NCBI GenBank assembly: GCA_963832495.1
Contig: CAWHUF010000011.1
Location: 963,242-1,027,241 of the forward strand
From: an uncultured Acidobacteriota bacterium
GTDB taxonomy: Bacteria > Acidobacteriota > Thermoanaerobaculia > Multivoradales > UBA5704
Direction of reading: 5' to 3'
Length of the DNA stretch: 64,000 nucleotides
Part shown: positions 11,101-23,384 of the stretch, piece by piece
Position numbering within the stretch: position 1 is the stretch's first letter
Layout of the letters: each line of letters opens with the position of its first letter
Notes under the pieces: model-generated
What the model saw: the letters and a program-made list of their open reading frames with translations, nothing else
The model's database searches: none
What the model was told of the DNA's origin: nothing
Program-made: the position numbers and the translations under genes

Positions 11101-13422
11101 ATGGCTAAGAATCTGCTGATCGTCGAAAGTCCCGCCAAAACCCGGACCTTGAAGAAGTTCCTTGGGCGGCAGTACGCCGTCGAGGCTTCCGTCGGGCACA
11201 TCCGCGACCTCGTCAAGAAGGACATGGGGATCGGTCCCGACTACGAGCCCCGCTACGAGGTGCTGGCCGCCAAGAAGGACGTGGTCAAGAAGCTGCGCGA
11301 AGCGGCCAAGCAGGCGGAGACCGTCTACCTCGCCCCCGATCCGGACCGCGAGGGAGAGGCCATCGCCTGGCACATCGCCGAGATCCTGAAGGACGCCAAG
11401 GACGTTCGGCGGGTGACCTTCAACGAGATCACCAAGCGGGCCGTGCTCAAGGCCCTGGAGAACCCGGGCACCATCGACCTCAAGAAGGTGGACGCCCAGC
11501 AGGCCCGGCGCGTCCTGGACCGCATGATGGGCTTTCGCCTCTCTCCCCTGCTCTGGGAGAAGGTCAAGCAGGGCCTCTCCGCCGGCCGCGTCCAGTCCGT
11601 GGCCCTGAAGATGGTCTGCGACCGCCAGGCCGAGATCGAGGCCTTCACGCCTGAGGAGTACTGGAACCTGGGCGCGGACCTCAAGGGCAGCGTGCCGCCG
11701 CCCTTCCATGCCCGTCTCCACCGCGTCGACGGCAAGAAGGCCGAGGTGGGCAACGGCGAGCAGGCGGCGCGCATCGTCCGCGACCTCGAGAGCGGCAAGT
11801 TCGTGGTCGGCAAGGTCGAACGCAAGGAGTCGCGCCAGAAACCGGCAGCGCCGTTCATCACCAGCCGGCTCCAGCAGGAGGCGGCCCGGCGCTACGGCTT
11901 CTCGGTGAAGCGCACCATGGCCCTGGCCCAGGGTCTCTATGAGGGGCGCGACGTCGGCGACCGCGGCTCGACCGGTCTCATCACCTACATGCGTACCGAC
12001 TCGACCCGCGTGGCCGAGGAGGCGCTCGAGGGCGGGCGCGAATTCATCGGCGCCACCTACGGCGCGGACGCCCTGCCCGAGAAGCCCAACGTCTATTCCT
12101 CGAAGGCCGGCGCCCAGGACGCTCACGAGGCGATCCGCCCCACGAGTTTTGATTTGCCTCCGGACGCGGTGAAGGACTTCCTCAAGGATGACGAGTGGAA
12201 GCTCTACAAGCTGATCTGGGACCGCTTCATCGCCTCCCAGATGGAGCCCGCCGTGTTCGACGTGACCCAGGTGGACATCGAGAACGGCCGCCACGTGCTG
12301 CGCGCTTCCGGCAAGGTGCTGAGGCGCCCGGGCTTCCTCGCGGTCTACCGCGAGACTCCCGATGAGGACGCCCCTTCGCGAGACACTGCCGAGGACGCCG
12401 AGGGCGTGCTGCCGGTTCTCAACGAGGGCGAGACGCTGGAGAAGGTCCGCGTCCTCTCCGAGCAGAAGTTCACCCAGCCGCCGGCCCAGTACAGCGAGGC
12501 CACACTCGTGAAGGCGCTGGAAGAGAACGGCATCGGCCGGCCCTCGACCTACGCCACCATCCTCTCGGTGCTGACCGACCGCGACTACGTCGAGCGCCTC
12601 GAAGGGCGCTTCCGCCCCACGGCGCTCGGCCGGCTGGTCAACGGTATGCTCCAGAAGGGGTTCCACGACATCCTGAACGAGGGTTACACGGCCGCCCTGG
12701 AGGGTCAGCTCGACGAGATCGAGGAGGGCCGGCTCGAATGGAAGCAGGCCGTCTCCGACTTCGACCTGAAGTTCTCCAAGGACCTGGAGACGGCGGGCGA
12801 GCAGATGCCCAACGTCAAGCGTGACGGCGTGCCGCTCGACGAGACGTGCCCCGAGGACGGCTCGCCGCTCATCATGCGCTTCGGCCGCTACGGTCCGTTC
12901 ATCGCGTGCAGCAACTACCCGGACTGCAAGTACACGCGGAACCTGGAGGAGCCGGCGGCCTCGACGTCCCCGGAGGCCGGCGCGAACGGCGCCGCCACCG
13001 AGGAGGAGATCGCGCCCTGCGAGATCTGCGGCAAGCCCATGGCCCTGAAGCGCAGCCGCTTCGGCACCTTCTACGGCTGCACCGGCTACCCGGAGTGCAA
13101 GGGCATCCGCAAGATCGGCCCCAAGGCGGTGCCGCCAAAGCCCACGGGCGTCCCCTGCCCGGAATGCGGCAAGGGCGAGATCGTGGAGAAGCGCTCGCAC
13201 CGCGGCAAGACCTTCTGGTCCTGCAACCGCTATCCGGACTGCAAGTTCTCCCTGTGGAAGAAGCCCGTCATCCGCGAGTGCCCCGACTGCGGCGCCAGCT
13301 TCCTCCTGGAGAAGGTCACCAAGAAGGCCGGGACCCAGTACGTCTGCAACACCGAGGGCTGCAAGTACGTCGAAGACGCCGAGGACGCACCGAGCCCGGC
13401 GGAGGTTGAAGCCCTGGCCTGA
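11101..13422 (+). CDS. topA: DNA topoisomerase I
   Basis: Intact 773-aa ORF. Toprim/Topo-IA motifs. Multiple C-terminal C4 zinc ribbons (CPECG..., CEICG..., CPDCG...). Confidence 0.95.
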   Translation: MAKNLLIVESPAKTRTLKKFLGRQYAVEASVGHIRDLVKKDMGIGPDYEPRYEVLAAKKDVVKKLREAAKQAETVYLAPDPDREGEAIAWHIAEILKDAKDVRRVTFNEITKRAVLKALENPGTIDLKKVDAQQARRVLDRMMGFRLSPLLWEKVKQGLSAGRVQSVALKMVCDRQAEIEAFTPEEYWNLGADLKGSVPPPFHARLHRVDGKKAEVGNGEQAARIVRDLESGKFVVGKVERKESRQKPAAPFITSRLQQEAARRYGFSVKRTMALAQGLYEGRDVGDRGSTGLITYMRTDSTRVAEEALEGGREFIGATYGADALPEKPNVYSSKAGAQDAHEAIRPTSFDLPPDAVKDFLKDDEWKLYKLIWDRFIASQMEPAVFDVTQVDIENGRHVLRASGKVLRRPGFLAVYRETPDEDAPSRDTAEDAEGVLPVLNEGETLEKVRVLSEQKFTQPPAQYSEATLVKALEENGIGRPSTYATILSVLTDRDYVERLEGRFRPTALGRLVNGMLQKGFHDILNEGYTAALEGQLDEIEEGRLEWKQAVSDFDLKFSKDLETAGEQMPNVKRDGVPLDETCPEDGSPLIMRFGRYGPFIACSNYPDCKYTRNLEEPAASTSPEAGANGAATEEEIAPCEICGKPMALKRSRFGTFYGCTGYPECKGIRKIGPKAVPPKPTGVPCPECGKGEIVEKRSHRGKTFWSCNRYPDCKFSLWKKPVIRECPDCGASFLLEKVTKKAGTQYVCNTEGCKYVEDAEDAPSPAEVEALA

Positions 13423-13456
13423 CAGAGGCCGTCTTTAAAAAGGAGATAATCCCGGC

Positions 13457-14596
13457 ATGAGACCCTCCCGTCTGGTCCTTGCCGGGATCGCCCTCCTCTT
13501 CTTCTCCTCCTGCTTCGATCCACCCGTGCGCGAGGAGCTGCGCCTGCGGTTCCTCCCCAACGGCGCCGTGGTGGCCACCAGCACCGTCCACATCGCCGAT
13601 CCGGACGGCAGCAGCAATCCGGCGCTCGCCCGGCGGCTGGCCGAGACGCGGCAGGCGATCCTCGACGGGACGGACGCCTGGGGCACGCGGATCGCCGCGG
13701 CGGACCCGGCCGCGGAGAAGTTCTCCTGGGAGAAGCGGCTGGGCGCGGTCCGCTCGGCGTCGCGCTCCGCCGTCTTCGCGGAGCCCAAGGGTCTGGAAAC
13801 GTTCTTCCGTGACACCTCGCTCTCCGTCAGCTACTCGATCGACCCCGAGCGCGGCGTGGCCGAACTCACCATCGTGCCCGGCACCTCCGCCCGTGCCACC
13901 CGCAAGCAGCGGGAGGAGACGGAAAAGACGCTCGGCGCCTGGACGGCCGCGGTCGCCGAGTACCTGAAGGCCGGCCAGACCCTCTACGCCTACCTCGAAG
14001 AGCAGCCGGACCGCGCCTACGCCTGCCTGGGTACCCTGTTCGGCGAACGCCTGAACGAGGAGGAGGCGAAGGACCTGGACGAGCTGACTCCCGAGGAGCG
14101 GCGCCAGGTCGACCGCCTGGACGAAGCCATGGGCAAGGTGCTGGAGGTGCTCGCCGTGCCGGATGGGGGCGCCTATTCGCCGGACGAGGTCTCGCAGCTC
14201 GTCTACGATCCCTTCCCCGCGCGGCTCACCCTGAAGCTGCCGGGAGCGCCCCTGGAGGTGGAGGGATTTCTGCGGGGGGTGCCGGGTGAGGACGGCGCCC
14301 TCGCCGTGCGGGGCCATGGTTTCTGGGAAGCGCTCCACGGGCTCGAAGGGCGCTGGCTCTCGCCGGACCCCGTCCTCTTCTACATCGAGAACGCCCGCCA
14401 GGAAGAGGCGAGCGAGATCGGTTTCCATGCCTTCCTGGAGAGGCCACGCCAGGCCGCTCCGAAGCACCTCCTTCCCTCGGCGCGGGAGGTGCGCTCGGCC
14501 ATCGAAGCGAGCCTGAAGCCGGCGCCACTCTACCGGGCGTTGTGGCGGGTGAACCTCAAGGACGAGACCGAGTCTCCGATGGGAGGAAGAGGCGCC
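13457..14596 (+). CDS. Hypothetical lipoprotein (reads in-frame into the following SMR gene without a stop in this sequence)
   Basis: MRPSRLVLAGIALLFFSSC lipoprotein signal. No domain recognised. The ORF continues to 14917 in the same frame. Confidence 0.45.
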
Positions 14597-14917
14597 GTGA
14601 GCTGGCTCTACCTGTTCGTCGCCGGAATCCTGGAGGTCGCCTGGGCGTCCACCCTCAAGCAGACGGAGGGCTTCACCCGGCTCGGCCCCAGCCTCCTCAC
14701 CCTCGGCCTGATGGGCGCGAGCTTCTACCTCCTGAGCCTCGGGATGCGGGATCTGCCGGCGAGCAGCAGCTACGCTGTCTGGGTGGGAATCGGCGCCGTG
14801 GGCACGGCCCTGGTGGGGATCTTCTTCCTCGGTGAGACCAGGAGCGTCCTGCGGCTGCTCTCGATCGCGCTGATCGTGCTCGGGGTGATCGGGCTGCGGC
14901 TGGCGGAGCCGGGGTAG
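14597..14917 (+). CDS. sugE: SMR-family small multidrug resistance / quaternary ammonium compound efflux protein (SugE-like)
   Basis: GTG at 14597 preceded by GGGAGGAAGAGG RBS. (M)SWLYLFVAGILEVAWASTLKQTEGFTRLGPSLLTL...YAVWVGIGAVGTALVGIFFLGE matches SugE/EmrE. Confidence 0.7.
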   Translation: MSWLYLFVAGILEVAWASTLKQTEGFTRLGPSLLTLGLMGASFYLLSLGMRDLPASSSYAVWVGIGAVGTALVGIFFLGETRSVLRLLSIALIVLGVIGLRLAEPG

Positions 14918-14951
14918 GGGAACTGAATCAAGGACCCCAAGGACGGGAGCC

Positions 14952-15710
14952 GTGGCGCTCGAAAGAGGGGTACCATCCGCTTCCGTGGCGGTTTTCGACG
15001 TCATCATCCCCGCGCGCGACGAGGCGCCGACCGTCGCGGGCGTGGTCGCGGCGGCCCAGGCCGCCCGGGGAGCGGGACGGGTGTTCGTCGTGGATGACGG
15101 CTCCTCCGACGGCACGGCGGCGGAAGCGGCGCGGGCCGGCGCCACCGTGCTCGCCAGATCCAGGGATGAGCCGGGGAGCAAGGCGCGGGCCCTCGCCCTG
15201 GGGGTCGAGGCCAGCGCGGCGCCCGTCCTGGTCTTCTTCGACGCCGACATCCTGGGTGTCCGCCCGGACCATTTCGAGGCTCTGGCCGTGCCGGTCCTGG
15301 CCGGGGAGTCCTGGCTCTCCTGCGGCATGATCCCCTACGGGTGGCTCCGCGATCCCCTCTTCCTCCGCCTGCCCCCCATCACCGGCCTGCGGGCGATCCG
15401 CCGCGAGGTCTTCGAGGCCATCCCGGACGCCCGGCGGAACGGCTTCCAGATCGAGATCATGATCAACGAGGTGATCGCCCGGCGCGGGCTGCCGAGCACC
15501 ATCCAGGTGCTCCCCGGGCTGCGGCACCGCTCCAAGGTCCAGAAAGTGGGCTGGCGGCAGGGGTTCCCCTCCCACCTTGTCGATGACCCGGGAGTTGCTC
15601 GCCTGCTTGCGGTTCGTCCCCCTGTGGACCTACCGTTCGTATCTGAAGAATTTGAAGGTCCTGCCGCCGGCGGGCTCATCCGCCTCGGCATTCTCTCGCG
15701 TAGAAGGGGC
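14952..15710 (+). CDS. Glycosyltransferase family 2 (C-terminal boundary unclear; reads in-frame into the next gene)
   Basis: VFDVIIPARDEAPTV...VVDDGSSDGT...VFFDADIL (GT2 DxD). The C-terminal 45 aa look like out-of-frame junk. Confidence 0.55.
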
Positions 15711-16496
15711 ATGAGCATGAAGAGGACGACTCTCACCCTGATCCTTCTCGGCCTGCTGATCGCCGTGGTCCCGGCCGGCGCCGCGACGCCTCCGGACTAC
15801 AAGGTCTGGGGAGACCTGCTCGCCAAGCACTACGACCCCGCCAAGGGGATGAACTACAAGGCCCTCAAGGCCCAGGACAAGGCCACGCTCGACAACCTGC
15901 GCCGCCAGATGGCCACGGTCGAGGTCCAGGCCCTCACCCGCCAAGACCAGCTCGCCTACTGGATCAACCTCTACAACATCTCCGTGGTGGGGATCGTGGT
16001 AGACAACTATCCGGTCGAGTCCATCAAGGACCTTTCGACCGACCCCCTCGTCCGCCTGAACATCTTCAAGAAGCCCCTGGTCGACACCAAGAGAGGCAAG
16101 GTCTCCCTGAACGACATCGAGAACGAGAAGATCCGCGAGGGGTTCAAGGACCCGCGGATCCACTTCGCCATCAACTGCGCCGCGAAGAGCTGCCCCCCGA
16201 TCCGCACCGAGCCTTACGTGGGGTCCAAGGTCAGCCAGCAGCTCGACGACCAGACGCGCAAGTTCCTCAACGGCCCCAACGGCATCCGCGTGGAGAAGAA
16301 GGGCGGGGGCGTGAATTTGTATACCACCAAGGTCATGGACTGGTTCGGCGAGGACTTCGCCAAGTGGGGCGGCGGCCAGAGGGAGTTCATCATCCGCTAT
16401 GCCGCCTCGGACAAGCGCAAGCAGATCGAGGACGCCGGCAACCAGGTGGACCTCAAGTACGGCGACTACAGTTGGGAGCTGAACGACGCCTCATAG
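15711..16496 (+). CDS. DUF547-family secreted protein
   Basis: ATG at 15711/15717 after a GAAGGGG RBS. Signal peptide MSMKRTTLTLILLGLLIAVVPAGAA. ...YWINLYNISVV...IHFAINCAAKSCPPI (DUF547 signature). Confidence 0.6.
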   Translation: MSMKRTTLTLILLGLLIAVVPAGAATPPDYKVWGDLLAKHYDPAKGMNYKALKAQDKATLDNLRRQMATVEVQALTRQDQLAYWINLYNISVVGIVVDNYPVESIKDLSTDPLVRLNIFKKPLVDTKRGKVSLNDIENEKIREGFKDPRIHFAINCAAKSCPPIRTEPYVGSKVSQQLDDQTRKFLNGPNGIRVEKKGGGVNLYTTKVMDWFGEDFAKWGGGQREFIIRYAASDKRKQIEDAGNQVDLKYGDYSWELNDAS

Positions 16497-16524
16497 TGTC
16501 CTCCTGAGGGGGGAAAGGAGCCGG

Positions 16525-17928
16525 ATGATCGGCCAGCCGAGATCCTTCAAGCGGGTGCTGGAGCTCTTCCGGAACCCGGCGACGGCCGAGAAGAGCAGGA
16601 TTCTGAAGGACCGCTGGGCGGGGCTCGATCCCGAGCCTCCGTCTCCCCGGGCAGGGGCTGGGCCGGAAGGCGACCGGGTGCGGCGCTACGGTCGGCATCC
16701 AGCCCCGCTGCGACTTCTCCTGCACCGGCTGCTACCTCGGCCGCGAGGCCAACCAGCATCCCCGCCCTGCCCACCGAGGCCATCCTGCGCCAGCTCGACG
16801 AGCTGCGCCGCTGGCTGGGTCCCAAGAGCAACGTCCAGATCACCGACGGCGAGGTGACGCTGCGCCCCGTGGAGGAGCTGACCGAGATCCTCCGCTACGC
16901 CCGGTCGATCGGCGTCATCCCCATGGTGATGACCCACGGCGACAGCTTCCGCCGCCAGCCGGGCCTGCTGGAACGGCTGATGACGGAGGGGGGGCTGACC
17001 GAGGTCTCGATCCACGTCGACATCACCCAGCGGGGGCGGGACGGCTACCGCGTGCCGAAGTCGGAGCTGGAGCTGATGCCGTTGCGCGACGAGTTCGCGG
17101 CCATGGTGCGCGAGGCGCGCCGGCGGACGGGCCGGCCTCTGCGGGCCGCCATGACGCTCACGGTCACCCGGGACAACCTCCCCCAGATCGCCGACGTCGT
17201 GCGCTGGCTGGTCCGGAACCGCGACGCCTTCAGCCTGGTCAGCTTCCAGCCGCTGGCCCAGGTGGGACGGACACGGAAGAGCCAGCAGGGCGTGACGGCG
17301 GCCGAGCTCTGGCGCGAGGTCGGCCGGGGCACGGCGGGTTTCGGGCTCCCCCTCGAGAGCACGGGTCCGCTCCACTTCGGCCACACGGAGTGCACGCGCT
17401 TCGTCCCCCTGCTGGCCCTGGAGCGGCCGGGCGAGGAGCCCCGGCTCTTCCAGGCCTTCCGGGACGAGCCCGAGGACGTGGCCGTCGTCCAGGAGTTCTT
17501 CGAGCACGGCCTGGGCGGAGCGGCCTTCCGGGACGATCGATCTCCTGGAGAAGGTGGCCCGTGCCCTGGGGATGATCCGCACGGCGCCGGGCTGGCTCCT
17601 GGGCCGCGGCCGGCGCTGGGCGGCCGAGCGGTTCCGCGACGAGGCCGGGATCTCGCTCGCGCGCCTCGTCCTCGACAGCCTCCGGGGGCGCCTGCGGGTG
17701 GACGGCCTGACCCTGACGAGCCACCACTTCATGAGCCCGGAGGAGCTGCGGACCCCGCTCGGCCAGGAGCGGCTGGCCGCCTGCGTCTTCCGCCTCCCCT
17801 ACAAGGGCGAGATGGTGCCGATGTGCAAGATGAACGCGGACGGCGTGCGCGAAAGGTTCTACGCGGAGATTATTGAGGGGACGATTGAGGGGGCGATTGA
17901 GGGGGGCGAGGGCGGAGCGGTCCACTGA
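16525..17928 (+). pseudogene. Radical SAM domain protein with at least three frame disruptions
   Basis: CDFSCTGCY (Cx3Cx2C) found in frame b at about 16700. The N-terminus is in frame a, the body in frame c (IPALPTEAILRQLDELRRWLG...VMTHGDSF...), and the C-terminus in a fourth-segment frame (IDLLEKVARALG...HHFMSPEELRTPLG...MCKMNADGVRERFYAEI). Shifts near 16610-16630, 16745-16755 and 17525-17535. Confidence 0.6.
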
Positions 17929-18292
17929 AAAGATTGGCGAATTTTCGCCAGATCGCCTCCGGATCGAGATCGCGGACGACCCGGACCGGCCTGCCGCCCC
18001 GGCCGAATTCCACCCAGAGATTGGCATGAAGGTACGCCGAGGTCTCCCCCACGGTCACCAGAGACGGGCCGATCAGGTACGCCGCCGCCGCAAGATCAAA
18101 AACCGGGAAGCGCCGCGCCCCCCGAAGAAGGAGCGAGCGGCGGGACCACCGGGCGGCGTGGCGGCGCAGGAATCCCCACAGCTCGCCCTGCCCTTCTCCG
18201 AGCTCCCGGGGACCGGTCCGCAGCCGGCGGGCGACGTCCAGGGGCACGATCGAGGCGAAGACGGCGACGTTATCGGTGTCCGATGAGGAGCA
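17870..18292 (-). pseudogene. Remnant of an inosine-uridine-preferring nucleoside hydrolase (C-terminal third only, one extra nucleotide near the start)
   Basis: MLLI(D)TDNVAVFASIVPLDVARR...FDLAAAAYLIGPSLVTVGETSAYLHANLWVEFGRGGRPVRVVRDLDPEAIWRKFANL resembles the IU-NH C-terminal region (HDPLAVAYLIDPSLF...VDVD..FW). The N-terminal DxDxxxDD region is absent. Confidence 0.4.
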
Positions 18293-18632
18293 TGGTCCGC
18301 GCGGGCATCAGCCCCTGATCCGCGAGAAGCTACGGCCCGTCCACGGGACTGCGCCGCCCGTGCGCGGGCTCCAGCCGCTGGCGCTCGCCCTCCAGCGGCA
18401 GAAACTCGGGGGCCTGCACGGGCCGCTCAGGGGCGCGCGCCAGAAACTCGACCCCGCGCACGGGCCGCGCGAGCTCGCGCGGCAGAAACTCGGGGGCGAG
18501 CGCGGGCGGCTGGAGCCCGCGCACGAGCGGCACGAGGGCGTGCGGCGGAAACTCGGGGGCAAGTTTTTGCCGCACACCCCCGCGCGGTCCGTGCCGGCCG
18601 GCGGCGTTGTCGGTGTCGATGAGGAGCATGGT
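18270..18632. repeat. Repeat-rich low-complexity block bounded by two copies of TCGGTGTC(C)GATGAGGAGCATGG and containing 3-4 copies of GCGGCAGAAACTCGGGGGC
   Basis: Direct copies at 18270-18293 and 18610-18632. Internal motif copies at about 18394, 18438 (variant), 18479 and 18542. Protein translations are low-complexity (APEFLP / QKLGG repeats). Confidence 0.6.
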
Positions 18633-18648
18633 TGTTTATACTCCCGGC

Positions 18649-19983
18649 ATGCCCTTACCCGTCCACATCATCGGCGGCGGACTCGCCGGCTCGGAGTGCG
18701 CCTGGCAACTCGCGGAGCGCGGTATCCCCGTCGTCCTCCACGAGATGCGGCCGGTCAAGGGGACCCCGGCGCACAAGTCGGGCGACCTGGCGGAGCTGGT
18801 CTGCAGCAACTCGCTGCGGAGCGACGATCCGCTGCACGCCGCGGGGCTCCTCAAGCGGGAGATGGAGACGTTCGGCTCGATCATCATCGGCATGGCCCGG
18901 CGGGCGTCCGTGCCGGCCGGGAGCGCCCTGGCCCTGGACCGCGACCGCTTCGCCGCCCTGGTGACGGAGGCGATCGCCGGCCATCCCCGGATCGAGCTGC
19001 GGCGGGAAGAGGTGACGGAGATCCCGGAGGGCGAGGTGGTGATCGCGACCGGCCCCCTGACCTCCGAGGCCATGTCGGCCCGGCTCCAGGGGCTCCTCGG
19101 CAGCGAGTACCTCTACTTCTACGACGCCATCGCGCCCATCGTGGAGGCCGAGAGCCTCGACCTCTCGAAGCTCTTCTGGCAGTCGCGCTACGGCAAGGGA
19201 GAGGGGGCGGACTATCTCAACGCCCCCATGGACAAGGAGGAGTACCTCGCCTTCCACCGCGCGGTCACAGAGGCCGAGGTCGTGGCCCCGCACGAGTTCG
19301 AGAAGGCGGTGTTCTTCGAGGGGTGCCTGCCCATCGAGGAGCTGGCCCGGCGCGGGGTGGACACCCTGCGCTACGGCCCCATGAAGCCCGTGGGCCTGAC
19401 CGCTCCGGACGGCCGGCGGCCGTGGGCGGTGGTGCAGCTCCGGCAGGAGAACCTCGCCAAGAGCCAGCTCAACCTCGTGGGGTTCCAGTCGCGCATGAAG
19501 TGGGGCGAGCAGCAGCGCGTGCTGACGATGATCCCGGGGCTCGAAAATGCAAAATTCGTCCGCTTCGGGCAGATCCATAGGAACACCTTCATCAACGCGC
19601 CCACTCATCTCGACAAGCACTACCGGCTGAAGACTGATCCCCGGGTGCGCCTCGCGGGACAGATCACGGGCGTCGAGGGATACCTGGAGTCAGCCGCTAC
19701 GGGCCTCGCGATCGGCCTTTTTATCGCCATGGAACGGGAAGGCCGCACGCCCGAGCCGTTCCCGGCGACCACGGCCCTGGGGGCTCTGGCCCGGCACCTG
19801 ACGGAGTCCGATCCCAGGCACTTCCAGCCGGCCAACATCAACTACGGTCTGTTCGAGGATCTCCCGGGCCGGATCAAGAAAGTCGAGAAGCGGGCCGCCT
19901 ACGTGGAGCGGGCGCAGGCGGATCTGGCCGCCTGGGCGGAGAGTTATCTCCCAAATAAGGTCGTTCTCGCATGCGTCGTCTGA
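18649..19983 (+). CDS. trmFO: Methylenetetrahydrofolate--tRNA-(uracil-5-)-methyltransferase TrmFO (Gid)
   Basis: MPLPVHIIGGGLAGSECAWQLAERG... FAD-binding N-terminus. Intact ORF to 19983. TATACT hexamer about 10 nt upstream of the ATG. Confidence 0.85.
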   Translation: MPLPVHIIGGGLAGSECAWQLAERGIPVVLHEMRPVKGTPAHKSGDLAELVCSNSLRSDDPLHAAGLLKREMETFGSIIIGMARRASVPAGSALALDRDRFAALVTEAIAGHPRIELRREEVTEIPEGEVVIATGPLTSEAMSARLQGLLGSEYLYFYDAIAPIVEAESLDLSKLFWQSRYGKGEGADYLNAPMDKEEYLAFHRAVTEAEVVAPHEFEKAVFFEGCLPIEELARRGVDTLRYGPMKPVGLTAPDGRRPWAVVQLRQENLAKSQLNLVGFQSRMKWGEQQRVLTMIPGLENAKFVRFGQIHRNTFINAPTHLDKHYRLKTDPRVRLAGQITGVEGYLESAATGLAIGLFIAMEREGRTPEPFPATTALGALARHLTESDPRHFQPANINYGLFEDLPGRIKKVEKRAAYVERAQADLAAWAESYLPNKVVLACVV

Positions 19984-20889
19984 TCCACCGCTTCCTGGAG
20001 CACATCCAAGGGGAGCGGCAGCTCTCGCCACAGACGCTCCGTGCCTACGAGCACGACCTCGTCACCTTCCACGAGCTTCCTGGCCGAATACCTGGGTAAG
20101 GCTCCGGAGGACGTGCGGCCCCAGGATGTGGACGCCCTCGCCGTGCGCTCCTTCCTGGCGGCGCTGACCCGGCGGGGCCTGGGCAAACGGAGCCAGGGGC
20201 GGGCGCTCTCGGCCGTGCGGAGCCTCTTCCGCTTCGCCTGCCTGGAGGGCGTGATGCCGGCCAACCCGGCCCAGGGGGTGAAGACGCCCAAGGTGCCCAA
20301 GACCCTCCCCCGCCACCTGCGGCCCGGCGAGGTGGAGAACCTGATCGAGGCGCCCGCGGGGGACGAGCCGCTGCAGCGGCGGGACCGGGCCATCCTGGAG
20401 CTCCTCTACGCCTCGGGCCTGCGCGTCTCAGAGCTGGTGGGGCTGGACTGGAAGGACATCGACCTCTCCGCGCGGGTGCTGAGGGTGATGGGCAAGGGGA
20501 GCAAGGAGAGGATGGTGCCCTTCGGACGGCCGGCGGCGGACGCCCTGCGCCGGTGGCTGGAGGTCTGGGAGGGCGTGCGCGATCTCATGCAGGATGGGGA
20601 TCCGGTCTTCCTGAACCACGTGGGCGGCCGGCTCACGGACCGCTCCGTGCGGCGGGTGATCGACCGCTGGGTGGACGCGGCGGCCGTGGCCCGGGGGGTC
20701 CACCCCCACACGCTGCGCCACACGTTCGCCACCCACCTGCTGGAGAACGGGGCGGACCTGCGGGCCATCCAGGAGCTGCTGGGGCACAGCTCGCTGTCGA
20801 CCACCCAGAAGTACACGCACCTGGAGGTGGACCGGCTGCTCTCCGTCTACCGCGACGCCCACCCGCGGGCCCGGCGGGAACCAGAATGA
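19971..20889 (+). CDS. xerC: Tyrosine recombinase XerC/XerD family (one apparent frame disruption near 20070-20080)
   Basis: ATG at 19971 overlaps the trmFO end. MRRLIHRFLEHIQGERQLSPQTLRAYEHDLVTFHE then a shift to (F)LAEYLGKAPEDV... RDRAILELLYASGLRVSELVGL ... HTLRHTFATHLLENGADLRAIQELLGHSSLSTTQKYTHL (catalytic RHRY region). Confidence 0.8.
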
Positions 20890-21449
20890 CGGCGACTATG
20901 ACGGGGACTATGACGGGGACAATCGAGCGCCAGTTCCCCTGCACGCCAGGAGGATCGATCCTCCGGGGCCGCAAAAGGCTGCGGAATCTCCTGCTGGGGC
21001 TGACGCTGCTGATGCTGGTGGTGGGCGGGCTGACTCTAACGGCCGGCCGGATCAGCCCCGGCCTCATCGCGCTCGCCGTAGCCATGATCCCGTGGACGGC
21101 CTGGCGGATGAGCGGCGACCTCGACCCGTTCTGGCTGGAGGTGGCGGGCGGCAAGCTGACGGTGCAGATGCGGCGGCGCCGCGAGAGCTTCGCCGCCGCC
21201 GGAGCGGAGGGGAGACGCCTGGTGGCAGACGAAATCGCCCATCTGGAGACCCTGACGACCACGGGCGGAGTCTCCGCCGGCACCGGCGGCTTCGAATCCC
21301 ATCGTCTGGGAGAGTTCGATCTCTATGCGAGCGACCTCGGCCATGCCGTGCTGGTGGACCTGGGGGAGACGCGGCTGATCGTCACTCCGGACGACCCGGG
21401 GGCTTTCCTGGAAGCCCTTTCCGTCCCCCTGATATACAATCGCCAGCCC
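20886..21449 (+). CDS. Hypothetical small membrane protein (open in-frame into hslV in this sequence)
   Basis: ATG overlaps the xerC stop (ATGA). Hydrophobic LLLGLTLLMLVVGGLTLTAGRISPGLIALAVAMIPW. No stop before the hslV start codon. Confidence 0.35.
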
Positions 21450-21992
<543 letters not shown>

Positions 21993-22001
21993 GAAAACGC
22001 C

Positions 22002-23373
<1,372 letters not shown>

Positions 23374-23384
<11 letters not shown>

